Assembly: GCA_017539425.1 (NCBI GenBank) | Contig: JAFYHA010000061.1 | Coordinates: forward strand, 1,043 to 65,042 | Origin: Clostridia bacterium | Lineage (GTDB): Bacteria; Bacillota; Clostridia; Oscillospirales; CAG-272 | Direction of reading: 5' to 3' | DNA length: 64,000 bases | Part shown: piece after piece, positions 20,132-29,633 of the stretch | Position numbering within the stretch: position 1 is the stretch's first letter | Layout of the letters: each line of letters begins with the position of its first letter | The notes under the pieces: model-generated | The model's input: the letters and a program-made list of their open reading frames with translations, nothing else | What the model was told of the DNA's origin: nothing | Databases searched by the model: none | Made by a program: the position numbers and the translations under genes

Positions 20132-21178
20132 TCAGTACCCGATCTGGACCTGGGCGCGGATCTGCTCCAGTTCCCCGAGGTGCGTATCATACAGGTCTGC
20201 CGTGGAGGTATAGGTCAGGATATAGAACATGGACGCATAGGCGCAGACGTACTGGCAGTAGCGGTAGGTCACGCCGTCCACTTCCGCCGAGAACACGAAG
20301 CGGTCCGCGATCCGGCCTCCCAGAAGGATCTCCCAGTTCTCATCCTTGGCGCTATCATAGATCTGCTCTTCCAGGACGGTGAAACCGCTCAGTTTCTCGG
20401 CGTAGTCCGCCTTGGCCAGTTCCCAGAACTCCGCGATGGACATCTTTTCCTGTTCGGGCATATAGGCGCCCATATTGACGTTGGTCCTGTCCGTTTCCGA
20501 GACATAGGCGGACGTCTGTCCGTCCTTTGTGTTCAGGACCCAGGCCTGAGGCACGAACAGACGGTAGGCCCCCTCGTCGAACGAGGCCAGCTGCATGCCC
20601 GCGGGAAGCGTCACATGGGTCGGGAGCTGTTTGGTCTTGCCCGACTCGTAGGGTTCGCCGAAGCGGAAGTTGGACAGGATCTTGTCCCGGTCCGAAGCGA
20701 AGGAATCATACTTCTCCGCCGTAAAGCTGAACAGGATGGTGTACACCTTCTGCTCCCGGACGGCGATGACGGTCAGGAACCGGCAGGCCTTCCCCGAGTA
20801 GTTCAGGTCAAACAGGACAGCATAGGCCTTCACGTCGCCGACGAAGGATTCGTCGCTGGATACGACCTTGTAGCCCGGGTATTTCTGATAGGCCGCCTCG
20901 CACTGATTCCACCAGGTCTCGGGCGTCATCTCCGGAGTCGTCGGGGATTCGGTCACGGAGACCATGGACAGTTCGGTAAGGGAGAAGAAGCCGCTGGATA
21001 CGCCGCTGTTGGTGTTGGGCGTCCAGGTCGTCGGGATGAACAGCCGGAACGTCGCGCCCCGGCAGACGGCCAGCTGCATGCCCTGGGGAATATCCTCATT
21101 GCTGCCGCAGGCCATCAGTCCCGTACAGAGGACCGCGGCCAGAAGCAGTGTCAGTATGCGCAAAACAATTTTTCTCAT
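20132..21178 (-). CDS. Lipoprotein of unknown function with an internal tandem duplication
   Basis: Lipobox LMAC after a signal peptide. Two homologous halves: IPQGMQLAVCRGATFRLFIPTTW... and LPAGMQLASFDEGAYRLFVPQAW... Confidence 0.7.
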   Translation of the reverse strand: MRKIVLRILTLLLAAVLCTGLMACGSNEDIPQGMQLAVCRGATFRLFIPTTWTPNTNSGVSSGFFSLTELSMVSVTESPTTPEMTPETWWNQCEAAYQKYPGYKVVSSDESFVGDVKAYAVLFDLNYSGKACRFLTVIAVREQKVYTILFSFTAEKYDSFASDRDKILSNFRFGEPYESGKTKQLPTHVTLPAGMQLASFDEGAYRLFVPQAWVLNTKDGQTSAYVSETDRTNVNMGAYMPEQEKMSIAEFWELAKADYAEKLSGFTVLEEQIYDSAKDENWEILLGGRIADRFVFSAEVDGVTYRYCQYVCAYASMFYILTYTSTADLYDTHLGELEQIRAQVQIGY

Positions 21179-21190
21179 ACACAGTCCCCT

Positions 21191-22465
21191 TTATCTGAGT
21201 CTGGCCAGACCGTCGTCCAGGACGGCCTGCGCCGCGGACAGGATTCCGATCTTTCCGCTCTCATAGGTCAGACCGCCCTGCATATAGATCAGGTAGGGCT
21301 CGCGGAGCGGACCGTCCGCGCTGAGTTCGATGGAAGACCCGGAAACGAACGTTCCGGCCGCCATGATGACTTCGTCCGCATATCCGGGCGTCGGGCACGG
21401 AACGGGCGAGACGAATGCGTCGACCGGAGAACCGGACTGCAGCCCTTTGCAGAATGAGATCATCCCCTCGGGGGATCCCATCCGGATGGCCTGGATGATG
21501 TCCGCGCGCGGAACGTTCCACTCCGGTTCCACGGCAAATCCCATTTTCCCGAACACATACGCGGCCAGATGCGCGGTCATCAGCGCCTGGGACACCGTAT
21601 GCGGGGCATAGAACAGGCCCTTGTACATATTCCGGTTCTGTCCGAGGGTCGCGCCGACCTCGGCTCCGGTCCCGACGGAGGTCAGACGGTAGGACACCAG
21701 GCGGATGGCTTCCGCCGTTCCGGCCAGATAGCCGCCGGTCTCGGCCATTCCTCCTCCCGGATTCTTGATCAGCGATCCGATGCAGAGATCGGCTCCGACC
21801 GCGGTGGGTTCCCTGTCCTCCACGAATTCCCCGTAGCAGTTGTCGACCGTAAAGAACACGTTCGGGTTCAGCGATTTTACAAACGCCGCCATCTCCCCGA
21901 TCTCGGACACATGGAGGGTCCTTCTGTCGAGATAGCCCTTGGAGCGCTGTACGAAGACCATTTTGAGACGTTTTCCGGCATCCAGGACAGCCTGTTTCAC
22001 CGCGGGATAGTCAAAGGATCCGTCTGCGGAGAGTTCCACCTGCCGGTACTCCACTCCGAAATCCCGGAGTGAGCCGTCTCCCGGTGTCCCTGCGATCCCG
22101 ATCACCTCTTCCAGGGTATCGTAAGGCTTGCCGCTGACGGACAGCATGATATCGCCCGGACGGAGCAGACCGAACAGGCCTACGGTAAGGGCCTGGGTCC
22201 CGTTGACCAGCTGCATGCGGACCAGCGCCGACTCCGCGCCGAAGACTTCGGCCCAGATCCTGTCCAGCCTGTCCCTGCCTGCGTCATTGTATCCGTATCC
22301 GGTCGTCGGATTGAAGGAAGATTCCGAGACCCGGTTGGAGGCAAACGCCTCGAGGACCCTTTCTGTGTTGCGGGATGAGGTCTCGCGGATATTCTGAAAC
22401 ACCGTCTGCAGGTCACGTTCAGCCTCAGCGGCCAGCGCCCACAGCTCGGGTGAAATATGAGCCAT
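21191..22465 (-). CDS. YnbB / 'aluminium resistance' family PLP-dependent enzyme (Cys/Met metabolism fold)
   Basis: N-terminal region (...NRVSESSFNPTTGYGYNDAGRDRLDRIWAEVFGAESALVR) is characteristic of this family. Confidence 0.8.
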   Translation of the reverse strand: MAHISPELWALAAEAERDLQTVFQNIRETSSRNTERVLEAFASNRVSESSFNPTTGYGYNDAGRDRLDRIWAEVFGAESALVRMQLVNGTQALTVGLFGLLRPGDIMLSVSGKPYDTLEEVIGIAGTPGDGSLRDFGVEYRQVELSADGSFDYPAVKQAVLDAGKRLKMVFVQRSKGYLDRRTLHVSEIGEMAAFVKSLNPNVFFTVDNCYGEFVEDREPTAVGADLCIGSLIKNPGGGMAETGGYLAGTAEAIRLVSYRLTSVGTGAEVGATLGQNRNMYKGLFYAPHTVSQALMTAHLAAYVFGKMGFAVEPEWNVPRADIIQAIRMGSPEGMISFCKGLQSGSPVDAFVSPVPCPTPGYADEVIMAAGTFVSGSSIELSADGPLREPYLIYMQGGLTYESGKIGILSAAQAVLDDGLARLR

Positions 22466-22469
22466 CGGT

Positions 22470-23480
22470 TCAATCCTCCTGTTCCGGAGCCATGCAGAAC
22501 GCGGCTCCGAGATCCGCGCAGGCCTGCGCGTCCTTCAGATCAAACAGTTCGACCGCCGAATGGATGTACCGGGTCGGTACGGAAAGCGCACCGGCCTTGG
22601 AGCCCATGCCGGTCCCCTGCATCATGGAGGTATCCGTTCCGCCGTGCAGTAGGATCTCATCCTGATATTTGATTTTCCGCTCCGAGGCCAGCGTACGGAG
22701 TCTGCGGACCACCTCGGTATGGCAGATCACCGAACCGTCCTTGATCTTGACGGCCGCGCCCTTTCCGACCGAGCAGGCCATGGGTGTCGCTCCGGGTACG
22801 TCTCCGGTCCCGGTCACGTCAAAGGCCAGCGCATAGTCCGGACGGATGTCGAAAGAAGCCGGTCCGGAACCGCGGCATCCCACCTCTTCCTGGACGGAAC
22901 ACACGTAATAGACGGTGTGGGGGCAGGCCTTCCCGGACAAATTACGGGCGATCTCCAGAAGAATGGCGCAGCCCAGCCGGTCGTCCACCGGACGCCCGGC
23001 ATACCGGGTCCCGCGCAGGCGGACCAGATTCGGAGCCACGGCCAGCGTTTCCCCGATCCGGACCATCCTCTCCGCTTCTTTTTCTGTAGAAGCGCCGATG
23101 TCCACGTAGCACTTTTCAAAGCTGAGGTTATCCACGTCCTGTCCGACGTCCGGGACGATCACGCCGCGCGTTCCGCCCGAAAAGGCCACTTCCCGGTACA
23201 GGGTGTTCCAGGGTCTGAGTCCCCCGATCGGGGCAATCCGGATCCAGCCGTTCTTTTCGATAAAGGTCACGATGAAGCCGATCTCGTCCGCGTGGGCGCA
23301 CAGCATAACCGTTTTGCCGGACTTCGAGGCACCCTTCTGGCAGGCAATCAGGTTGCCGAGCGCGTCGGTCCGGACCTCGTCCGCATAAGGCCGGATCAGT
23401 CCGGCCAGTTCGGTCATCACGGGCTTTTCCCTGCCGGAAACGCCCTGGATATGCATAATCTTTTTCAATTCCTGAACCAT
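22470..23480 (-). CDS. M42 family metallo-aminopeptidase (paralog 3 in transcription order)
   Basis: GVSGRE start motif, HADEIGF, VQEEVGCRG, and C-terminal metal-ligand region. Confidence 0.88.
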   Translation of the reverse strand: MVQELKKIMHIQGVSGREKPVMTELAGLIRPYADEVRTDALGNLIACQKGASKSGKTVMLCAHADEIGFIVTFIEKNGWIRIAPIGGLRPWNTLYREVAFSGGTRGVIVPDVGQDVDNLSFEKCYVDIGASTEKEAERMVRIGETLAVAPNLVRLRGTRYAGRPVDDRLGCAILLEIARNLSGKACPHTVYYVCSVQEEVGCRGSGPASFDIRPDYALAFDVTGTGDVPGATPMACSVGKGAAVKIKDGSVICHTEVVRRLRTLASERKIKYQDEILLHGGTDTSMMQGTGMGSKAGALSVPTRYIHSAVELFDLKDAQACADLGAAFCMAPEQED

Positions 23481-23485
23481 TGAAG

Positions 23486-24550
23486 TTACCTCGTCTCAAA
23501 ATCGGAAATCTGCAGGTCCTGCAGCATATGGCTGAGCAGATCCCGCATGCAGAAATAATCCTGTGCACAGATCACGGTCGACGGGCTGTGCAGATAGCGC
23601 GCCGGCGCGGACAGCGCCAGACACCGTACACCCCGGCCGCTCTTGTGGATATGACCGGCGTCATTGCCTCCCGAGACCCATTTCTTGACCTGCACGGGGA
23701 TCCCGTGCTTTTCGCCTGTAGCCAGGGCGAACCGGATCAGGTCCTCGTCATAGATCGTGGACCGGTCGACCAGGGACAGTACGCCTCCGGCTCCGGTTTC
23801 GGCCACACGGGCATGATCCTCGGTCCCGGCCAGGTCTCCGACCGCAGTGGACTCCAGGACCACCGCGATGTCCGGCTGGATCACGGACGCCGCCACCGTG
23901 GCTCCGGAATACCCGATCTCTTCGCAACGGGTAAAACAGATGTACAGATCGTAAGGGAGCATGGTATGGTTTTTGGCCAGCTCGCGGGCCAGTTCGATCA
24001 GGATCGCGCAGCCCAGCCGGTCATCGATGGCCTTGGCCTTGATCATTCGGTCCTCTTCCCCGAAGCGTACGAACTCGGACAGGAACGTGCCGTAGTCGCA
24101 CATAGCGGCCGGAATGTCCTCGCCTTCCTCAAAGCTGCCTATGTCAATATACATGTCCTTGACCTTGGTCGCCTGGCTCCGTTCCTCTTCGGTCTGGTGA
24201 TGGACCGCCTTGGAACCGATGACTCCGTTGACATACCGGCCGTCATGCAGGATCTGAACACGCCGGCCGCAAAGCACGCGCGGGTCGATTCCGCCGACCG
24301 TCCTGAATTTGAGGTATCCGTCCTCGATCCCGGAGACCATGAACCCGACTTCGTCCATATGGGCGCTGACCATCACCTTGCGGCTGTGATCGGTGCCGCT
24401 CACGGTCAGGATCAGGTTGCCGGCCCGGTCCTCCCGGACAAGGCGGGACAGCGGTCCGAGTTCTTCCAGGATCTTTTCCTTGACCGGATCCTCCCATCCG
24501 GAGGGTCCGAACGTTTCGCAAAGCTCTTTGAGCAGATCCAAATTATCCAC
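23486..24550 (-). CDS. M42 family metallo-aminopeptidase (paralog 2)
   Basis: LLKELCETFGPSGWE, HMDEVGFMV, and a CEEIGYSG-like block. GTG start at 24550 with GGAGG RBS, overlapping the upstream stop (GTGGATAA). Confidence 0.88.
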   Translation of the reverse strand: MDNLDLLKELCETFGPSGWEDPVKEKILEELGPLSRLVREDRAGNLILTVSGTDHSRKVMVSAHMDEVGFMVSGIEDGYLKFRTVGGIDPRVLCGRRVQILHDGRYVNGVIGSKAVHHQTEEERSQATKVKDMYIDIGSFEEGEDIPAAMCDYGTFLSEFVRFGEEDRMIKAKAIDDRLGCAILIELARELAKNHTMLPYDLYICFTRCEEIGYSGATVAASVIQPDIAVVLESTAVGDLAGTEDHARVAETGAGGVLSLVDRSTIYDEDLIRFALATGEKHGIPVQVKKWVSGGNDAGHIHKSGRGVRCLALSAPARYLHSPSTVICAQDYFCMRDLLSHMLQDLQISDFETR

Positions 24551-25601
24551 GTCTGAATTCCTCCGCGATCCGCGCATCGCACACAAACTCCCGGACCAGA
24601 CGGCACAGGTCCTCCGCGTCCTTGAGCACGAGCACTTCGTTGTACGTATGCATGTATTTCAGCGGCAGACCGACGTCCACCGTCGGGATTCCGGCACGTC
24701 CCAGCACGATCTTGACGGTGTTGGTCCCGGTCGATCGCGTTGCGATATAGGGCTGTACGTTCAGCCCGGCATTCCGGCAGAGTTCCGCCGTCCTGTCGGT
24801 CAGTTTGCGGCTGACGACCGGGCCGTAGGTCAGGGAGATCCCCTTGCCCAGTTCCACCGTCTCGTCCTTGGACACGTCCGGCGTCTTGCCCAGGTTCACG
24901 TCGATACACATAGCATAGTCCGGATCGGCACGGTAGGCGCCCACGTTGGCGCCGGCCGTACTGGAAGACTCCTCCTTCGCGGAGAACAGCACGTACACGT
25001 CCGCGGCCAGTTCATCGGGATCGGTCTCGGAAAGAGCCTTGATCACGCAGGCGCCGCAGGCCTTGTTGTCCATGGATTTTCCGGCCAGTTCCCCGCCCTC
25101 CAGTTCGGTATAGCGGGGCATGTATCCGACGGGCGACCCGATCGGCAGGATCTTTTCCAGCGTCTCCTTGGTGTAGCCCGTATCGATCAGAAGATCGCGG
25201 ACGTCCTGCAGTTTGGAACTCTCGCCAGGCTTCTGCAGATGGGGCGGTGTGGAGACGATGACCCCGAAAACGGGCTTTTCACCGTACAGAACCACTTCCG
25301 CGGCGGGAAGGATACGGGGATCCAGTCCCCCTATGTTCGTGATCCGGACGAATCCGCCCTCCAGGATCTCCCGCACCATCATGCCGATCTCGTCGTAATG
25401 GGTGTCCAGAAGAAGTCTGGGCGCGTTTTCGCGCCGGCTCTTCTTGAGGAACAGATAGTTGCCGACCGGATCCCGTTCGACCGAATCAAAAAACGGCCGG
25501 ACAAGTTCCATCAGCTTGTTTTCATCGTAGGATTCGGAACCGGACACGGACATCAGCCCGCACAGGTCCAGGATCCATTGCTTGATCGATTTGGTTTCCA
25601 T
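24543..25601 (-). CDS. M42 family metallo-aminopeptidase (paralog 1)
   Basis: MSVSGSE, HYDEIGMMV, DNKACGA and related blocks. Start set at METKS (25601) with AAGGA RBS. Confidence 0.85.
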   Translation of the reverse strand: METKSIKQWILDLCGLMSVSGSESYDENKLMELVRPFFDSVERDPVGNYLFLKKSRRENAPRLLLDTHYDEIGMMVREILEGGFVRITNIGGLDPRILPAAEVVLYGEKPVFGVIVSTPPHLQKPGESSKLQDVRDLLIDTGYTKETLEKILPIGSPVGYMPRYTELEGGELAGKSMDNKACGACVIKALSETDPDELAADVYVLFSAKEESSSTAGANVGAYRADPDYAMCIDVNLGKTPDVSKDETVELGKGISLTYGPVVSRKLTDRTAELCRNAGLNVQPYIATRSTGTNTVKIVLGRAGIPTVDVGLPLKYMHTYNEVLVLKDAEDLCRLVREFVCDARIAEEFRRG

Positions 25602-25611
25602 TCTTTTTCCT

Positions 25612-27042
25612 TCACAATTCATTAATCAGGGTTTTAAAAGTCCGGCCCCGCTCCTCAAAATTCGCAAAAGCGTCGAAACTGGTACAGGCCGGAGAAAGCA
25701 GCACGGTGTCTCCCGGTCCGGCCATGGAGACCGCAGCCCGGACCGCGTCCGCAAATACCGGCTCGGTCCTGACCGGAACGTCCGTCTTCCCGGGGCATCT
25801 GTCCAGGGCTTCCCGGATCAGACCGGCCGCCTCTCCGGTAAGTACCACGCCTTTGGCCTGCCTATACAGACGGGCGGCGAGTTCATCATAGTCCAGATGC
25901 TTGTCCCGTCCTCCCAGGATCACGACGGGATGGCCCCCTACGGCCTGCAGGGAGACCAGCGTGCGGGAGGGCGTGGAGTCGATCGACGAGTTGATGAACC
26001 GGATGCCGTTCCATTCCCTTACGATCTCCAGCCTGTGCTCCACTCCGGCAAAGGACAAGGCCACGTTGCGGACGTCTTCCGGACCGGCCAGTCCGTCCAG
26101 GACCGCGATCGCGAACATATAGTTTTCGGTATTGTGAGCGCCGGGCAGCAAGATATCCGCCGTGTCGAGGATCCTCTCCTCTGTACTGTGCGGGGCGGAT
26201 CTGCAGATCCATCCATCCTTCACGTAGACCGCGGAAGCGCGATCCTGCCATTCGGGAACGATCCTATGCCATCCGCTGCGCCGGAGCGACACATAGGTAA
26301 CCGGTATATCCGTATTTTTTCCCAGCGTGAGGGTTACGGCATTGTCGGCGTTCAGGACCACACGGGAGACCGGTCTGTGCCGCATGATCTGACTCTTCGC
26401 CTGGATGTATTCGTTCATATCGCGGTGCCAGTTCAGGTGGTTGGGGGTCACATTGGTCAGGACCGCACGGTTCGGCGAACGTCGCATCGTCATCAGCTGG
26501 AAACTGGAAAGTTCCACGACCGCGAAGTCGTCCCGGGTCATTTCCGTGACGAAAGGCAACAACGGGACTCCGCAGTTCCCTCCCATATACACGCGTCCGG
26601 GGAGTCCTCTTCTCTCAAGGGCGCTCTCCAGGATCCGGCGGGTCAGGTTGGTCGTGGTCGTCTTTCCGTCGCTGCCCGTGATACCGATGACGGTCGCGGG
26701 AGTCAGGTCGAAAAAGAGTTCCATCTCCGAAGTCAGCACCGAGCCGTTTCGGACCGCACTTGAGATTGCGGCGCAGTCCGGACGGATCCCCGGCGTACGG
26801 AAAACGTAATCCACGCCGGACAGGAGTTGCTCGTTTTCCGGCTTCCATGCCGAAAAGCGGACACCGTTCCGGACGTTCTCCCGTGCTTCCGGTCCGAGTT
26901 CATCCGGAGATTTCTCATCATACACTTCGATACGGGCACCGTAGGATCCCAGAAGCCGGACGAGAGGCCGGTTGGAGATCCCGTATCCGAGCACGGCGAC
27001 CCTTTTTCCACTTACCATTTCCCGAATCGAGGATTCGTCCAT
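25612..27042 (-). CDS. murD: UDP-N-acetylmuramoyl-L-alanine--D-glutamate ligase
   Basis: VLGYGISNRP Rossmann motif, GITGSDGKTTTT P-loop, and Mur ligase middle and C-terminal blocks. Confidence 0.93.
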   Translation of the reverse strand: MDESSIREMVSGKRVAVLGYGISNRPLVRLLGSYGARIEVYDEKSPDELGPEARENVRNGVRFSAWKPENEQLLSGVDYVFRTPGIRPDCAAISSAVRNGSVLTSEMELFFDLTPATVIGITGSDGKTTTTNLTRRILESALERRGLPGRVYMGGNCGVPLLPFVTEMTRDDFAVVELSSFQLMTMRRSPNRAVLTNVTPNHLNWHRDMNEYIQAKSQIMRHRPVSRVVLNADNAVTLTLGKNTDIPVTYVSLRRSGWHRIVPEWQDRASAVYVKDGWICRSAPHSTEERILDTADILLPGAHNTENYMFAIAVLDGLAGPEDVRNVALSFAGVEHRLEIVREWNGIRFINSSIDSTPSRTLVSLQAVGGHPVVILGGRDKHLDYDELAARLYRQAKGVVLTGEAAGLIREALDRCPGKTDVPVRTEPVFADAVRAAVSMAGPGDTVLLSPACTSFDAFANFEERGRTFKTLINEL

Positions 27043-27173
27043 ATCGCACCTTCCAAGTGAACTCTCCCCCGCCTATGCAAACAAAGAGGTGTGGGCTTCG
27101 CAAGATATGGTAGATTCGTTTTGCTACGAATCTATCCCTTGCACTTTTTCTTTAAAGGGAAACTTTCGCTTTA

Positions 27174-27202
27174 ATTATAGTGAAACAGGTTGATCATGTC
27201 AA
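27174..27202 (-). promoter_or_regulatory. Putative sigma-A promoter for murD
   Basis: Minus strand: TTGACA-17 nt-TATAAT (perfect hexamers). Leaves a leader of about 130 nt. Confidence 0.6.
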
Positions 27203-27452
27203 GAATGGCTACCGGAAAGGATAGCGTCAAGTCGTTGCAGGATTTTTTTACGAACGGCAGGGGGCGGTCTTCCCGATGTATTTGAGCGTTTTCACTCCAA
27301 CCCCATTAGGGCGACGGCTACTCAACCGGGCTGACAATGTATGGCTGCTATCCGTTCCTTCCGTCCGCCCTGTTTTGGCGGAGCATCCGGGGTTCGGAAG
27401 AAAAAATCGGATCCGAACAGCAGAATTTGTCCGCAACTCTGGGCCTGTCTTC

Positions 27453-27481
27453 TTGACGGTTTGCTTTTTCATTGCTATAAT
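27453..27481 (+). promoter_or_regulatory. Putative sigma-A promoter for the topoisomerase B-subunit gene
   Basis: TTGACG-17 nt-TATAAT, about 30 nt upstream of the ATG. Confidence 0.6.
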
Positions 27482-27511
27482 TCAAATGTAAATAATCTTT
27501 AGGAAGATACT

Positions 27512-29596
27512 ATGGCAAGTCAGAAAAATACCAAAACCGATTCCAACCAGCTGACCATCGACATGCTGTCCCCCGGAACCCCAGAGCCCGTTCAGAAGCC
27601 GGCCAAAGGCAAGGGCAAGGAGACGTACGGGGACGACAGTATCGTCGCCCTGAAAGGTCCCGACCGCGTACGGCTCAAGCCGGCCGTCATTTTCGGTTCC
27701 AACGGACTGGAAGGCTGCGAACACTCCTTTTTTGAGATCCTGTCCAACTCGGTCGACGAGGCCCGAGAGGGACACGGCCGGGAGATCGTGGTCCGGGTGT
27801 ATACCGACCGCTCCCTGGAAGTGGAAGACTTCGGCCGCGGCGTCCCGCTCGGATGGAACCCCCGTGAACAGCGCTGGAACTGGGACCTGATCTACTGTGA
27901 GCTCTACGCCGGAGGCAAATACCAGAATAACGAGGAAAATGCCAGTTACGGCTTTTCCCTGGGCACCAACGGTCTGGGCGCCTGCGCGACCCAGTACAGT
28001 TCCGAATGGATGGAGGTCCGTTCCTATGACGGAACCCAGGAGAGCACGATCTCGTTCAAGAAGGGATACGTGAACGGGGACCTGCAGACCCGGGAACTCG
28101 GACCCAAGGAAAAGAGGACCGGTACGGTCGTCAAATGGCGTCCGGACCTGGAGGTCTTCACGGATATCGACATTCCCTACACGTTCTTTGTGGACATCCT
28201 GCACCGTCAGGCCGTCGTCAACGCGGGGATCCGGTTCACGCTGCATCTCCAGCAGCCGGACGGAAAATTCCAGACCGAATCCTTCGAATATGCCAACGGG
28301 ATCACGGATTACCTCTCCGAGATCGTGGGAGAAGACGCCCTGACCGAGCCCGTCCTATGGCATCTGGAAACGAAAGGCCGGGACCGTCCCGACCTCCCCA
28401 TTTACAAGCTCAAGGCCGATTTCACGTTCTGCACGTCCAAATCGGTCAACCGTCAGGAATTCTATCACAACTCCAGTTTTCTGGAGCACGGAGGTTCTCC
28501 GGCCATCGCCGTGAAGAACGCCTTCACCTATTCGGTGGACAAATTCCTGCGCAATTCCGGAAAATACAAGGCCAACGAAGCCAAGGTCACATTCTCGGAT
28601 ATTTCGGACGCTCTGGTCCTCGTCATCAACAGTTTCTCCACGATGACGTCCTATGAGAACCAGACCAAGAAATCCATCACGAACAAATTCATTGCCGATG
28701 CGATGACCGCGTTCCTGAAGGACCAGCTGGACATCTACTTCACGGAGCACCCGGTCGAAGCGGATCTCATCGCCAACCAGATCCTGATCAACAAGCGCAG
28801 CCGCGAAAAGGCCGAAAGCGTCCGCATCGAATTCCCGAAGAGCCTGACCCAGCAGATGGACCTGTCCAACCGGGTCGACAAATTCGTCAACTGCCGGTCC
28901 AAGGACGCGGACAAACGCGAGCTGTACATCGTGGAAGGAGACTCCGCCCTGACCTCCTGCAAACTCGGACGGGACGCCGAATTCCAGGCCATCATTCCGG
29001 TCCGCGGCAAAACGCTGAACTGTATGAAGGTGGACTACGACCGGATCTTCAAAAACGACATCATCACCGATCTGCTCCGGGTCATCGGATGCGGCGCGGA
29101 GGTCAAGGGAAAGGTCAAGGGCGACATCTCGACCTTTGACTACAACGCCCTGAAATGGTCCAAGATCATCATCTGCACCGATGCGGACGAGGACGGGTTC
29201 CAGATCCGCACGCTGCTCCTGACACTCTTCTACCGCCTGCTGCCCACACTCCTGGAAAAGGGCAAGGTCTATATCGCCGAATCTCCCCTGTTCGAGATCA
29301 CGACAAAGGACCAGACCTATTTCGCCTATGACGAATTCGAGAAGGCAGAGATCCTCAAGAAACTGGGCAAGACGAAATACACGCTCCAGCGTTCCAAGGG
29401 TCTTGGCGAGAACGAACCCGAGATGATGTGGCAGACCACGATGAACCCGGCGACCCGCAGACTGGTGGCCATCACGCCTACGGACGCGGCCGCGACCGAG
29501 ATCATCTTCGACACCCTTCTGGGCGAGAATCTGAATGCGCGCAAGCGGTTCATCGCCGAAAAGGGCAAGTTGTACGTCAAGGACGCGGACATCTGA
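27512..29596 (+). CDS. Type IIA DNA topoisomerase subunit B (GyrB/ParE family), divergent
   Basis: GHKL ATPase boxes EILSNSVDEA, DFGRGVPL and GTNGLGACA. QTK loop YENQTKKS. Toprim ELYIVEGDSA, PVRGKTLN and IIICTDADEDGFQIRTLLLTLFYR. Confidence 0.9.
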   Translation: MASQKNTKTDSNQLTIDMLSPGTPEPVQKPAKGKGKETYGDDSIVALKGPDRVRLKPAVIFGSNGLEGCEHSFFEILSNSVDEAREGHGREIVVRVYTDRSLEVEDFGRGVPLGWNPREQRWNWDLIYCELYAGGKYQNNEENASYGFSLGTNGLGACATQYSSEWMEVRSYDGTQESTISFKKGYVNGDLQTRELGPKEKRTGTVVKWRPDLEVFTDIDIPYTFFVDILHRQAVVNAGIRFTLHLQQPDGKFQTESFEYANGITDYLSEIVGEDALTEPVLWHLETKGRDRPDLPIYKLKADFTFCTSKSVNRQEFYHNSSFLEHGGSPAIAVKNAFTYSVDKFLRNSGKYKANEAKVTFSDISDALVLVINSFSTMTSYENQTKKSITNKFIADAMTAFLKDQLDIYFTEHPVEADLIANQILINKRSREKAESVRIEFPKSLTQQMDLSNRVDKFVNCRSKDADKRELYIVEGDSALTSCKLGRDAEFQAIIPVRGKTLNCMKVDYDRIFKNDIITDLLRVIGCGAEVKGKVKGDISTFDYNALKWSKIIICTDADEDGFQIRTLLLTLFYRLLPTLLEKGKVYIAESPLFEITTKDQTYFAYDEFEKAEILKKLGKTKYTLQRSKGLGENEPEMMWQTTMNPATRRLVAITPTDAAATEIIFDTLLGENLNARKRFIAEKGKLYVKDADI

Positions 29597-29633
29597 CGTC
29601 CGCAAACCATTGTCTTTCACAAGGAGAGTTTCT

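Noticed and set aside
27248-27491. Two mutually antisense ORFs of 71-74 aa in the murD/topoisomerase spacer
   Set aside because: Neither has a Shine-Dalgarno sequence, their composition is unremarkable, and each overlaps the other. The region is reported only as an unassigned structured spacer.
28355-29620. 421-aa minus-strand ORF
   Set aside because: It is antisense to the Toprim and C-terminal half of the topoisomerase B subunit.
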